A stretch of 63,105 bases of DNA, filler included, from Folioceros fuciformis (Eukaryota): assembly GCA_049999805.1 (NCBI GenBank). It is 15 parts of 15 records of this genome, joined end to end, with 100 filler letters (N's around TTAATTAATTAA, not from the genome) between each part and the next. Parts side by side here need not be neighbours in the genome. Positions count along the whole stretch, not along the records: positions 1 to 4,112 come from JBNGIO010002002.1; positions 4,213 to 7,145 come from JBNGIO010002004.1; positions 7,246 to 9,970 come from JBNGIO010002005.1; positions 10,071 to 12,237 come from JBNGIO010002006.1; positions 12,338 to 15,191 come from JBNGIO010002007.1; 10 more parts are not named here. One strand, 5' to 3'. Position numbers and translations under genes: made by a program. Shown in pieces: positions 1 to 12,683 of the stretch. The notes under the pieces are model-generated. The model saw only the letters and a list, made by a program, of their open reading frames with translations. It did not search any database and was not told the origin of the DNA. Numbering within the stretch: the first letter of the stretch is position 1; each line of letters begins with the position of its first letter.

Positions 1-64
1 CCATACCACTATTAACCCTTTTTCAACCAAAACAAACTACTACCCCAAACTTTGGAGGTTCACA
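1..64 (-). mobile_element. 5' terminus of an LTR (TGTGAACCTCCAAAGTTTGGGG family) inserted into copia pol
   Basis: The reverse complement begins TGTGAACCTCCAAAGTTTGGGGTAGTAG and is near-identical to the sequences starting at 14912 and 32473. Confidence 0.75.
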
Positions 65-2489
65 ACTTGTCAGTCACTGACATGGCCTCTTGGTAACAAG
101 AGGGCTCCCCACAATCCGTCAGCATGACATAATCAAGAGATGCAACATACCTATCAGGAGGACATGAGATCCTTCCTGACCTACGAAGCACTGGCACCTC
201 GACCGGAGCTGGTTGCACTCTCTCCTCTTCTACAAGTGGAGGAACTTGTTCCTGCACAGCACGACGTTCAACCTGCGTGGGACGGTCAAGTCTATCTTCT
301 TGGAAGACCACCCGTCGCACTTCCACAGTTGGAGTAGGCTTCTTGTGCATCTTGGTCTCAATGAAGAACACGTCATTGCTGCGAACCATCCTCTTGGCTT
401 CTGGATCCCATAGACGGTATCCCATCTCACCAGATTCACCATAGCCAAGAAAAATACATTTCTTGGACTTGGGTGCCAACTTGTCCCGAAACTCCTTCGG
501 AACATGGTAGTATGCCTCGCAGCCAAACACTCGTATATGCTTGTATGACGGCTTCTTTCCAAACCACATCTCCTCTGGAACCTGCTCATCCACAACCCTA
601 TTAGGAGATCTGTTAATAAGATGCACCACAGTAACCACTGCTTCTCCCCAAAATCCGCTAGGCAATCCAGAGTTTGACAACAAACTACGCATCCTCTCCT
701 GGATGGTTCTGTTCATCCGTTCGGCCACACCATTTTGGAGAGGAGTATACGGCGTAGTCAGTTCTCTCTTGATTCCCTTGGAATCACAGAATGACTGGAA
801 AGCCTTCGAGACATACTCTCCCCCATTATCTGTCCTCAGACACTTTAGTTGGAGGCCAGACTGATTCTCCACAAGTGTGACGAATTTCTGAAACATTGTC
901 ATAACATCATCCTTTTCCTCAAAGGATAAACCCACACCTTGCGTGAGAAGTCATCAATGAAAGTGACAAAATAGGATGCACTGCCTAACGATACAATGGG
1001 CATAGGTCCACAAACGTCACTGTGAACTAACTCAAGAGGTTTACTTTTGTGTTTACCTCTTGCTCCATGTGGTGACTTTGTCTGTTTCCCATACAAATAG
1101 TGCTCACACACGGAGAAATCGGAGCAGGGACGTAACCAAAACGAGATAGGATCTTCATTCCCTTTTGAGACATATGTCCTAACCGACTATGCCACAAGGA
1201 AACACTTGGCTGTTCCGTTACACAAATCACATGATCCTAGACAGTGGTTACTTGAAGTGAGTAGAAAGTGCCATACTTTGATCCACGAGCTGACACAAGA
1301 GAACCTTTGGAGATCTTCCAAGAACGATCTCCAAACCAACAGTAGTAGCTAGCGTCATCCAACTGCCCTGCGCTAATCATGCTTTTGGTCAACTTCGGAA
1401 CATGCCTAACATCCTTTAGTACGAATGAAGATCCATTGTTGAACTTCAGCTGCACATCACCAACGCCTACAATCTCGCATGCGTAGTTATTTCCAAGCCA
1501 AACACATCCTTTCCTAGTAGCATCATATGTGCTAAACCACTCCCTATGCGGAGTAACATGGAAAGATGCTTTAGAGTCAATTATCCAATTAGAGAATAAG
1601 TGACTCTCCACGGCTGTCAGTTGTGCACAATCGAAGGAACAAGAGGTAAGAACATCTCCATCATCAACAGAACTCACCTCGTTAGACTTCACACTCGGAC
1701 TTGCCTTGTTGTCACTCTACTTCTTCTCCTTTCCTTTGTCCTTCTTGAACTTCTCGTAGTCCCTTCTGATGTGACCCTCCTTGTGACAATGGTAACACTC
1801 AACATTGTTATGACTATGAGACTTACTACGGGAACGACTTCGCTTCTTGTACTTCCCCTTTGAAGCGGACCTTCCTTTGACCATGAGGGCATTGGAACCT
1901 TTCGAAGGTTCCATATTCTTCCTGTTCACCTCCTCTGTTAACAGGCTACCTTCTACATTTACAACGGTAAGACCACTGGCAGGAGTGGAATTACTCATAG
2001 CTGTACGAAAGGTGTCCCTGCACTCTGGTAATGTGACCAACAGAAACATAGCTCTCACGGAATTTGGGAATGAGATACCTTGAGATGAGAGCTGGCTAAA
2101 AATGGTATTGAACTCGTTCAGATGATCGGACATCCTCGTCCCTTCCTTCATCTTCAAATCCACCTGCTGTTTCAACCAGTACACCTGAGAAGCCGCACTT
2201 TGCTTCTCGTACAAGTCACACAACTTCTGCCAGAGCTCGAACTTGTGGTCTTGTCTTTCACGTTGAAGTAGACCGACTTCGACAATGTTAGCATGATGGT
2301 AGACCTAGCAAGCTGAACTATATCCTGCCACTCATCCTGAGTCATGCTAACGGGTTTCACTCCTAGCAGCTTGATGGGCTTGATCTGCTTCTTCTGTACT
2401 AGAACATTATACGCTTATTCTTTCCAGAATGGGAAGTTAGTACCATCTAACTTCTCGATATTGAACATGACGTTTTCTGAGGACGCCAT
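65..2489 (-). mobile_element. Decayed Ty1/copia gag-protease-integrase
   Basis: Gag zinc knuckle CYHCHKEGHIRRD, protease WIIDSKASFH, integrase LWHSRLGH / VHSDVCGP / LRTDNGGEY / QNGVAER. Several frameshifts and stops. Confidence 0.95.
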
Positions 2490-3150
2490 GTTTCAAAATT
2501 GATGCAAATGAAGCTAAAGGCTAGTTAGAAAACAGTCGGAATGTAATGTAGTTCTAAAAGTTACCCTCACAACATGTTCCAAATCGGATGTCCACACCTT
2601 GGGCCTTGGTCGCTCACAATTGGAATGTCTCTCGTCGTCTGATCGGGATCCTGACTTCCGCGGTCGAGGTTAGTTTGGCACGCACACCCTTGCTCTCGAC
2701 GTCTGCGCTCTCGACGACCGCGATTCGTTCACTTTTCGGCGCCCGTCAATCAGGTCCTCACCTTGCCGACGCGTTCGGTTTGCACCTCGCTGGCGCCCCG
2801 CTAGCACCTAGGTGGCGTCCCGTTGGCGCCCAAGTGGTGCCTCACCAACGTCCGGTGACGCTCCACTAGCGCCCAAGTGGCGCCTCGCTAGCACCCCACT
2901 GGCGCCTCGCTGGCGCCCTAGTGGCGCGCCCTAGCCGACGGCGGCAGCGCCCTAACCCTAGCCGGCGGTGGCCTGCCCCCGCTAGTTGAGGCCTGCCCGC
3001 TGCGGGGCGGTCAGGAGGCCCGCGGGGTAGCCAGGCTCTGGCCACGCCCCGGAGCCCGAGGGGCTGGAGGCCTGTTCGCGCCCCATAGCCCGGGGGCCTG
3101 GAGGCCTGTCCGCGCCCCGCAGCCCTGCAGCCCCGGGGGCCGGGGCCTGC

Positions 3151-4112
3151 TGTGGAGGCAAAACCCCGGGCACTGATTGCCGACAGGTTCCACCTTTAGT
3201 GGCCACACTTATCCCACTGTCGTTGAGACATTGGGTTTCATTCCCACGAAGGAGCGATGGGGTTCCTTGCTGCTATGGATGGAGGGTCGGACTTGATCGA
3301 CTCGATGATGGATTCGAGGGCTCCCCTCTAGCTCCGATCAGGCGTAGGACAGGCCTCGCTGTCCGGCAGTTAGCTGCACCTCTCTTGGTGCCCACAAACT
3401 CACTCCAGTCACTACAACGACTCTAACTTCTCAGATCTGCGACTTCACTCACACACTTCACTCACTCTCTCACTCCAGCACCAACACCAGCAACTACCAG
3501 CAACCAACAACGTTACCACTACCTTGTACACTTCCCTACTGACTCCTCCTACCCGGCAAGAGTCACTAGACTAACTCCAAACAAAAGGACGAAGGGAACA
3601 CCCCTCTTGGGTATCTCCTCCCCACAACCTTACCAGACGCCATGAGACATGGCCGGCCTACAACACTTGACCAAGCAAGGAACAAGAGTGGACAGGTTGA
3701 GAGAAAGACACACCCTTTACAATCAAGAGCTAGGGGCAAGCCCCTACACCCTGGTCATTACACCTTGTGATCCTACCAGACACTATACAATCGGCAACAC
3801 GCTGCCCGCGATCCTACCAGACACTGTGCAGCCGGCAACATGCTGCCTGCGATCCTACCAGACACTGTATAGCCGGCAACACACGGCTTGCGATCCTACC
3901 AGACGTTGCACAACCGGCAAGACACTGCAGGTCCTAAAAACCAAGCAGGGACAGACCACAAGAGCTCATGAAGAGAGGACCTCCAAGAGCTCACAAAGAG
4001 ATAGACTGACTCCCAAAGTGAATGACTCCTTCTTCCTTCAGGCTCACCTGATCTTATAGGAGCCTCTCTCTCTCTCTGACTTCACCTCTCTCTAGCTTGA
4101 GAAATATTATTT
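3151..4112 (-). mobile_element. 3' part of a Ty3/gypsy-type LTR (ends ...GCCTCCACA)
   Basis: 3151-3500 is near-identical to the reverse complement of 12338-12683. It ends in CA and contains ~39-bp tandem repeats at ~3767-3925. Confidence 0.7.
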
Positions 4113-4212
4113 NNNNNNNNNNNNNNNNNNNNNNNNNNNNNNNNNNNNNNNNNNNNTTAATTAATTAANNNNNNNNNNNNNNNNNNNNNNNNNNNNNNNN
4201 NNNNNNNNNNNN
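4113..4212. other. Artificial contig linker (N44-TTAATTAATTAA-N44), first of 14
   Basis: The same 100-bp spacer, carrying stops in all six frames, occurs at 4113, 7146, 9971, 12238, 15192, 21425, 23586, 25936, 29699, 32607, 39797, 48253, 54294 and 58904. Confidence 0.98.
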
Positions 4213-5263
4213 ACCCAGCAGAGCCCCCAGGTCGAGATCCTGGCAAGTAATTGATGCTGAAGCGCATGCCGGAAGTGCAGTCACCGGGAAAGGAGCTGGT
4301 GAAGTAAAAGGTGCCGGGCTGTCGCGGGCCCAGTACATCCCCCCCGCTCGAGAAGTTGGAGAGCGGGGAGCTGGTGTCGCAGACATCGTAGGCCTTGGCG
4401 TCAACCACAACCACATTGTGGGAGGAGTTGTCGTACAAGAACACTGGCACATGACGGACCACCCAGTCCCCGCGGCCAGAGTCAGACACAATGCTGTGTG
4501 AAAGGAAGCGGACAACCAAACACAAACCTGACTGAGGACATAGGGGCGACGCTCACCCAGAAGATCAGAGTTCACGTATAGCGGTGCCACGGAATTCGCC
4601 CAGATGGTGTAGAAGGTGGGTACGGTCGGGATGGTCCATCCTACACTCCCTCCCACGTAAAACTCGTTCACAGGCGGCGGGGAAGGCGCGGGCTCAGATA
4701 CGGGCGTCGGAGGAAGGCTCCCGCTCGGAGGCGGCGCACCACCCGACGAGGCCGAGATGACGATCTTCACCTTGAGCCCGGCCTGGCAGTCCCCTTCTAT
4801 GCCGCTGGCGAAGTAGTAGTCCCCGATTTCCGGGAAACTGAAGGTGACGGGCGTGTCGTAGCTACTACCGCCAAGGGGATCCGAGGTGTTGCACACCTGA
4901 TATGCCGATTCCCCGATGTTCACCACATTGGTATTGGCTCCATGGCTGTCAAATACTGCACCATTTTCGCCACTGCATCTCATGAGAAGGCACGTCGCAA
5001 ACCATCTCACCTCCCTCCATCACACTTTGCACAACAAGCAAATGCAGCGCGGGCGTGGGAGAGGCGCAGCGCAACTCACTCATCCTGTCGGTCAGGAAGA
5101 ATGTGTAATTGGTGCTCCACATGTCGAAGAAGCTGGGGTTCGTCGCGGGAGGCCGCCTCCAGCCGTACTCGTTACCGACGGTGTAGTTGATGGCGGAGGC
5201 GCAGGACAGGAGGGCGGCCACGACCAGCACGGCCAGGGCGGCCCTGCTCCTGCGCGAAGCCAT
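4213..5263 (-). CDS. Signal peptide plus two phytocyanin (plastocyanin-like) domains, 3'-truncated by the contig end; probable 5' half of the kinase gene at 7246-9784
   Basis: Exons 5263-5080, 4955-4557 and 4443-<4213 with phase-1 GT-AG introns. Signal peptide MASRRSRAALAVLVVAALLSCASA; YTVG..GW, AY..C and YF.S...GDC..G[LM] motifs twice; Pro-rich linker. Confidence 0.88.
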
Positions 5264-6997
5264 TGTCGTACGTCGTCCTGGGCCTGAGCTCACCTTCGCA
5301 TCACAGCTATGGCGCACGGGAGAGGGCAGGGCAGGGCAGGGCAGGGCAGGGAAGGTCAGGGCAGTCAGCAGGCCCCAGGCCGCAGTAAGGGTGCGAGGGG
5401 AGGAGGGAAAGGCAAAGGAAGTTTGAAGGAGGAGAAAGAGTGCCCGGGAGGAGACGTCCGGAACCCACAGCCAGCGGTGACCCGGCAGAAGAGCCAGGTC
5501 GGAGAGCGGCTGGAGCTTGCTGAGCACAAGGAGCGTGGGTATACAGACGAGGCAGCATCTCTCGAAGGGTGCGGTGTGTCTCTCTTTTTCACCACTGGCA
5601 GGGCTCTCGGGCCACCTCTACCATCCCCAGGATTTGGCGGCAAGGCGCCTGCTTTGCTTTGAGTCGGGTTTAGGCCCTGGAGCTCCACACTTTCCCCTCC
5701 CAAATCCGGCTCCCCCGATCTGGCCACCGTCAGAATGACAGAAAGCTGCGTCTTCTCAAAGACTCCAGCTGGCTCTCTGGTTGGCCCTTCTTCGCGGCTT
5801 CTGACGCAGAACTCGGCAGTCACACACCGAGTCTCGGGCGCGGAGTGGCCATTGCACCCGCTACCTCCCGGGCCCCACACCCGACAAACCATTTGTCTGA
5901 GAAAACGCGGTAGAGGAACGAGACTGACTCCCGCCTGCTTTCCCGGTATCCGAGTCAATGCAAGTGGGCGGGAACCTGCTCTGCCTCTTCCACACCTGCA
6001 ACTGCCGGGCAACTGAGCCACCTCCTCTCACATGCGTGCCTGCAACTGTGCACGCTGTACCCCGCGCCAAAACCTCCACCTCCATCTCCAGCTAAAATCG
6101 GCCTGTAGCCCACCCTGCGTCCTGGTTGCCAGCTTCCCTCCATTTTCGGTGGCTTTTTATAGTTTAGGGTTTACAGTACATACTTTGTGCCGTAGCTACA
6201 GACATACAGTGCTGTATGTGTGTAGTTCTAAGCTGGGCTACTCTCTTTCAAGGCGTGTGTTTGTCTTCTATGTAGACCTACTGCATGTATCTATATGCCT
6301 TTTTCTTTCTTCTTATTTTTTTTGAAAATGAACTTAAAAATTTAATCACTCTCTTATGCTCTCGTAACCTTGTACTTTGGACAATCAAGAACATAAAGTA
6401 AAGAGAAATAGGTAATTCATGATCTACACGACACACATAACCACACCATAGTGTCACAGCCCTTTTATCTCCCATGAGTCATAGAGAAAACAAGACAAAC
6501 CACCACAACTGAAATCTAATATACCCTTCCCCTTACCCACAATGTTACACACTTTCCTGCCATAGCCTAACCATTATAGCTATAAAAATCATACGTCAAA
6601 ACAACATCTTCCACGCACACAAGAATTTGGAACTCTTGATCTTTAGCACAACAACTGAAACTTAAGAAGAGAAGATAGCCAAGTCCCTTCATGCTGCTCA
6701 CACATCACGCAACCAAGAGCTGAGAATAAAGAGATATTTAGAGGTGTGACAATAAATAAAATAGCAACTCATATCGACTTCGATAGCCTAGCTGGTCTTC
6801 CTTGAGGCATATGTCTCAAGAGTCTTCACAATTGAGAGATGCCGTTGTTTGTAGTCCGGGCTCACGGACTACAAAGCCCTAGAGAGGCCTCACAGAGCAG
6901 AGTGCGAAAGATAGCCGTTTGGTGGGTGGGCTGATGAGCTCTTGGACTCTACTGTGCTCTTGCTGTGAGGGAACGCCCATCCCTGCGACACCTGCTT

Positions 6998-7085
6998 CTT
7001 GCGCAATCCATCCGGCAGACTTGCGCAATCCGTCCGTCAGACTTGCGCAATCTGTCCATCAGACTTGCGCAATCCATCCATCAAA
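6998..7085. repeat. 22-bp minisatellite, 4 copies
   Basis: CTTGCGCAATCCATCCGGCAGA-like units in tandem. Confidence 0.85.
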
Positions 7086-7245
7086 TTCAGATGAGCATAA
7101 GCACAAGCAGACCCAGAGCAGCAAGGACGTGGAGAATTCCCACGCNNNNNNNNNNNNNNNNNNNNNNNNNNNNNNNNNNNNNNNNNNNNTTAATTAATTA
7201 ANNNNNNNNNNNNNNNNNNNNNNNNNNNNNNNNNNNNNNNNNNNN

Positions 7246-9784
7246 GTATGATGTGGGGGAAGGGTTTGGGTGGGGTGTGCCCCCATCGGAGGGCTTCTAC
7301 GATGAGTGGGCATCGGAACGCAACTTTTTTGCCGGAGATTATCTGGGTCAGTCGCTGTGTAGTGCTGGAATGCATTTGGTCGTTGCAGCAATTGCAGCAG
7401 TGGGAGTCTGTGTGAGTGACCATGAGATGCCGTCTTGCTCGCTTTGTGCAGTTTTTAGCTTCGTCGCCAACAAGGACAATGTGGTGCAGGTCGGAAGACT
7501 TGGCTACTTGGAATGCAATGCATCGGACCCGTACCTTGTGATGCAGTATCCCAACAACGTTGTGCTTCAGTTCACTGGCTTCCCAGCTGACAACAACACC
7601 GTCAGCTTTATAAGTGCCGATATTGCAAATTGCCGAGCAGGAATGCGGTTTTCATTCCATCTGCATCCTCCGAGGCCGCTTTCTCCTGCTTATTCCCCGC
7701 TGCCTGCGCTTGCGCCCAATCCGGGCGACCTTGTCTCGTCGCCTAGGAGTGCGCCTAGCCCGGAAGCGTCGCTGCAACCCGGGGGCAGGCATTATTCTGT
7801 AGGAGATACATTCGGATGGGAGCTTCCGCCTTATCCAGGTTTCTACAACGGTTCTTGGGTTCTGGGGAAGAACTTCGCTGTCTATGACAGTCTATGTGAG
7901 TGGCCTAGCACTGCTCTCCACCTTAGCTACTCTAAGAGCTGTTTTGCGATTTGGGGAATGATGGACGGCAGTTGAGCTCATGTGACCCTGTGGGAACGTC
8001 TCACTGCAGATTTTGGGTTTGACCAAGGGAGGCACACGGTGCTGCAGGTGAGCCAAGCGGCTTACCAAACGTGCAACGTCTCCGCCTTCCTTACAGCTTA
8101 CAATCTTGCGAATCCCACGATCAAGTTTTTGAACACTGGAAGCTTTTGGTTCATCTGTGGGAAACCAGGGCACTGTGAGCAGGGAATGAAATTTGGAGTG
8201 ACGGTGACTCTTTCCGAAACAGCAGGATTGCCACAGGTGTCACCAACCCCTCTTGCTGCTCCAGGTAACGGTACCCAGTGCAATTCAAACGGACCACACA
8301 GTCTGACGACTGCACTCCTGAGTGGCAATGTCTGACACAGCAACCATGTGGCTCTGCAGATCAGAATTGTGGTGGTGTTGCTTGCATCTTGCATGGTGCT
8401 TCGCAGAATCATGTCTCCATATGGCTGGTGCTCGGTAAGCTAGCTCTTCGTGGCAGCCGAGTTGGGCTGATTTGGTGGGAATCATGTATACTGTCACGGC
8501 ATAATCAGGCTGGTTGTGATTTGCTGTACAATGTGGGAGCTTGCAGGGATAATTGTTCCAGCCATTCTTGTGGTAGCAGCTCTCAAGACGTTGGCCATCT
8601 TCTACGTGTGGAGGAGGCGGCAGCCATCGGCCACCATCGCCCGGAGTGGCAAGCTGTCCATTTCGCAGTTAAGCGGCGTGTCTTCTCAGGAAAGCTTTGT
8701 TTCGTACACTCTGAAGCAGATGAACAAGGCCACCAGAAACTTCTCGCCGGAGCTTGAGATTGGCAGCGGGGCCTTCGGAACGGTGTACAAGGGAACCCTT
8801 CCGGATGGAGAAATCGTGGCCATCAAGAGGATCAAACCGCAGCTGACTCCAGTACAGGATTTCTCGGCCTACTTCCTGAACGAGGTGACCATTCTTTCCA
8901 GCGTCAACCATCGCCACCTGGTCCGTCTCGTGGGATGCTGCATCGAGTGCGAAGTCCCCATCCTGGTGTATGAGTACGTGCCCAACGGCACTCTCCTGGA
9001 GCATCTCCAAGGAAAGAGGGGCCGAGCTCTCGCTAGCTGGCGCAAGAGGCTGGAGGTAGCACTAGAGACAGGGGAAGCTCTGGCATATCTTCACTCTGCT
9101 GCCAAAACTCCCATCTACCACCGAGATGTGAAGTCTTCCAATATCTTGCTGGACGAGATGTACCGTGCCAAAGTGGCCGACTTCGGCATCTCACGCTTGG
9201 TGCCCATGGATGCCACCCACGTCTCCACGGCAGCTATGGGCACCTTCGGCTATATCGACCCGGAGTATCATGCGACTGGCCAGCTGACGGATAAAAGCGA
9301 CGTGTACAGCTTTGGCGTAGTGCTACTGGAGTTGATCACAGGGCAAAAGGCCGTGGACTGGCAGAGGACTTCCCAGGTGAATCTGGCGGCCTTCTGCATC
9401 CCCTTCATCCGCGGAGGGTCTTTGGAGGACATTGTAGATCCTTGCCTCAATCTGAGCTCGGACGTGGAAGCCCTCGAAGAGGTTCAGCAGCTGGCTGACT
9501 TGGCACTGGTGTGCTTGGCCCACCTCCGAGAGGAGCGACCCACCATGAAGGACGCAGTTGAAGAAGTTGTGAGGATCAAGCTCAGCTCTCGAGAATGCAG
9601 GTACTCGGACAAGGTGAGAAACTTGGACTTGAGCCCTCTGAACTATGACACAGACCTGTGTCCCCCGCTGTCACACACGTGTGATCTGGAGACGGGGGTA
9701 TCTGAGGAATCCAACAGCGTCGTGAACAGCTCTGTCAATAACTCCCCTTCTGAAGCATCGCCTTCCATGTATCAGCCCAGATAA
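7246..9784 (+). CDS. Receptor-like kinase: two phytocyanin domains, transmembrane helix, WAK/WAKL-like RD Ser/Thr kinase (5'-truncated)
   Basis: Exons <7246-7346, 7452-7895, 8010-8264, 8360-8434 and 8547-9784; all four GT-AG introns are phase 1 and keep the frame. TM WLVLGIIVPAILVVAALKTLAIFYVW then RRR; kinase GSGAFG, VAIK, PIYHRDVKSSN, DFG, GTFGYIDPEY. Confidence 0.88.
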
Positions 9785-10733
9785 ACCGTGCTGGTCGAGA
9801 AAGGTCGTTTGTCGACGAGTTTTTGACAGATTTGTCTACCATATGTGGTGGTGAAATCAGTTAGCGAACTGTGTACGCCAACGGTAAATCTTGTTACCAC
9901 AAGAATGGCTGAAATAATTAGGTTTGCATATTTGTGAAACATGTTGCAATTATGTCAAATGCAACAGTTANNNNNNNNNNNNNNNNNNNNNNNNNNNNNN
10001 NNNNNNNNNNNNNNTTAATTAATTAANNNNNNNNNNNNNNNNNNNNNNNNNNNNNNNNNNNNNNNNNNNNCTCATGAACAGGTGTTTACTTACAAGTTTA
10101 CTTTTATAGTCTAAAGGTAAAAAAAGGATGAAAATTTTTAAGAATGATTTTAAGATAAGTTTTTGTGGAAATAGGTGGGATTTGATGACTTGAAGAAGGA
10201 TATTTTGGTAGAGCATATAAAGACAGAATGTTGGAGTACTATGTTGGAACCTGGTACTTATCTTTTATGTGAGTGATTAGTGATTGAGTTTTGAGACTCT
10301 TATGCTACTTGTATTGAAGATCTCATTGTTTATATTTTTGGGAATAGGAATCCAAATATGGCCTTTGAGGAAAGGGCATGAAGTTCAAAGCTTTTCACTT
10401 TTGGTGAAATGTGGATTTGACAGTGGATTGGTGAAAGTGGCGAGACTCTTGAGAAACGTTGAGATGCATGAGCAATTCTACATTACTCAAGTGAATCTCT
10501 CCAGTAAGGGGGAAAATGAAAAAGCCCTAGCCCAACAATGCATCGCTACAGCACGGAGCTCAACTACACATAGTACAAGTGACAATTTGGACAATGGGAT
10601 CATTTCCAATAGAAGCAAAGGTACAAACTTAAAGTCGAATCAAAATCAAGTAGACATACATTAGTATAGTGTTTGAAATTCTCACCCATGAGGTATGGGA
10701 TTCACACTTGTTTATTTTGTAACTAACCATGCA

Positions 10734-12237
10734 GCTATTGAAGACAGTAAATCAGGCGTAAAGTCAGAGCTTAGTTCTGCTCCACCTGAGGCTACCGCTC
10801 GAAGTAATCAAAGCCCAAGTCGAAGAGGAAGTGTTGTTCCTGGCACAACCAGTGAATCTGGGATACAACCAGTGTCTCAACAAGCGCTAGTTGCTGAAAG
10901 CACTGCATCACCACAAGCTCTTATTGTTGAAGCTGATGACGATGATGAGAAAAAGCTTGAGTTGCCGGAGAATGGACCCGTGGAGAATTTTTTATACACA
11001 GGTTACCAACTAACTACATCAAAGAGAAAACGTATTCAAGTACAGCTTCTAATCCTAATGCATATTTTAAGTGGTGTTTGTACTTGAGCCTTTTAGCATG
11101 AGGTAGGGTACTTGTTGAATGCCTCATTTTGGTTTCATGCAGAGACTTTTGCTTCATGCCCAAATCCAAGAGATCCAAGCAAGCTTTAATAAGAAGTTGA
11201 TGGACTTACAAGAAGATAAGAAGCAAAGAATAACCAAAATCAAAGAAGCACTAGCTAGAATTCATGATTTGGAAAGAGCTCTGCAAGTGAATGACAAATA
11301 CATGTGTGAAGCTAAAATGGTTGAACCACCTGTAAGAGACTAAGTATCTTCATCGTTGTTGATGGGTTGTTTGTTTTATTACAAACAACCAATGCTTATT
11401 CAATTGGTTTGTTGTACATTGAATGTGATAGGGAATGGAGAGGATTTTTACTGTTAAAAATGATGAAATTACTGTCAAGAAATATCTAAACAAAGCAGAG
11501 CTTGCAGCAGCGGAAGAGCAAAGAAAATTAGAGGAGGAACAAGAATTGTGAGTGCGTTCAAACATGAGTTAACAGTATATTTCATGTTTGTGGTTCCTGA
11601 CTTTGCATATTAAACATGTGGTTCCCGACTTTGCACATTAAACAGAATACGTGCTAAGAACAATTGGATGGAACGAGCTTTAGTAGACATGATGGGAGGG
11701 AAGTTGGAGCACAAAGTAGAGATTACTGTCGTTGAAGCTGAAATACCTAGACCAGCTTGGATGAGTAGCAATCCTAAAAAAATGACGAAAGATCAACTTA
11801 AGGAAATCAAAGAATTCGATGCTAAAGTGAAGGTAACCTAATGCTATATTGGGAACTTGTTGGGTATTATGTAAGGTAGGTGTACATATCATGTTAAGGT
11901 CTTGATATCCCGCGCAGGCAATTAAAGAGGAGAAAGAGAAAAAGATTCGAGGGCAGGAAACGGAGATGAGAAAATTAAAGGGAGACATTGATGACATAGC
12001 AAATGGCTTTGATGATGCTGTGGCTAATCTCTTTAGCTTGCGTCTTAAGGTTGACGGAATGTTGTAATAATAGAGCTCGTCCATTCTCTTCCATGTACGT
12101 AATTATAAAATTAATTTATAATTCAAAACGAATGCAGGAAGAAGCTAGAATATCTTCAATAGAGGAAAGCATTTCTAGATTGTCACTTGAAATCGAACAT
12201 GAAGAATTTTTCGACGAGAATAAAGAGAGTAACCTCG
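10734..12237 (+). CDS. CFAP43: Cilia- and flagella-associated protein 43 (WDR96), internal coiled-coil exons, partial
   Basis: Exon peptides FLYTGYQLTTSKRKRIQ, IQEIQASFNKK, ERIFTVKNDEI, ERALVDMMGGKLE, EIPRPAWM and GFDDAVANLF follow the CFAP43 C-terminal region in order. Exon edges approximate. Confidence 0.8.
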
Positions 12238-12337
12238 NNNNNNNNNNNNNNNNNNNNNNNNNNNNNNNNNNNNNNNNNNNNTTAATTAATTAANNNNNNN
12301 NNNNNNNNNNNNNNNNNNNNNNNNNNNNNNNNNNNNN

Positions 12338-12683
12338 TAGTTGCTGGTGTTGGTGCTGGAGTGAGAGAGTGAGTGAAGTGAGTGAGGGAAGTCGCAGATC
12401 TAAGAGGTTAGGGTCGTTGTAGTGACTGGAGTGAGTTTGTGGGCACCAAGAGAGGTGCAGCTAACCGCTGGACAGCGAGGCTTGTTCTACGCCTGATCGG
12501 AGTTGGAGGGGAGCCCTCGAATCCATCATCGAGTCGATCAAGTCCAACCCTCCATCCACAGCAGCAAGGAACCCCACCGCTCCTTCGTGGGAACGAAACC
12601 CAATGTCTCAACAACAGTGGGATAAGTGTGGCCACTAAAGGTGGAACCCGTTGGCAATCAGTGCCCGGGGTTTTGCCTCCACA
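12338..12683 (+). mobile_element. 3' end of an LTR (same family as 3151-4112)
   Basis: Near-identical to the reverse complement of 3151-3500. It ends ...GCCTCCACA with no PBS following, so it is a 3' or solo LTR. Confidence 0.75.

Noticed and set aside
4113-4212. Recurrent TTAATTAATTAA palindrome as a biological repeat
   Set aside because: Always centred in identical N padding; an assembly linker. ORFs ending in X..LIN are artefacts.
5300-6150. Several overlapping GC-rich ORFs upstream of the phytocyanin gene
   Set aside because: No domain signatures; consistent with a GC-rich promoter/5' region with (GGGCA)n repeats.
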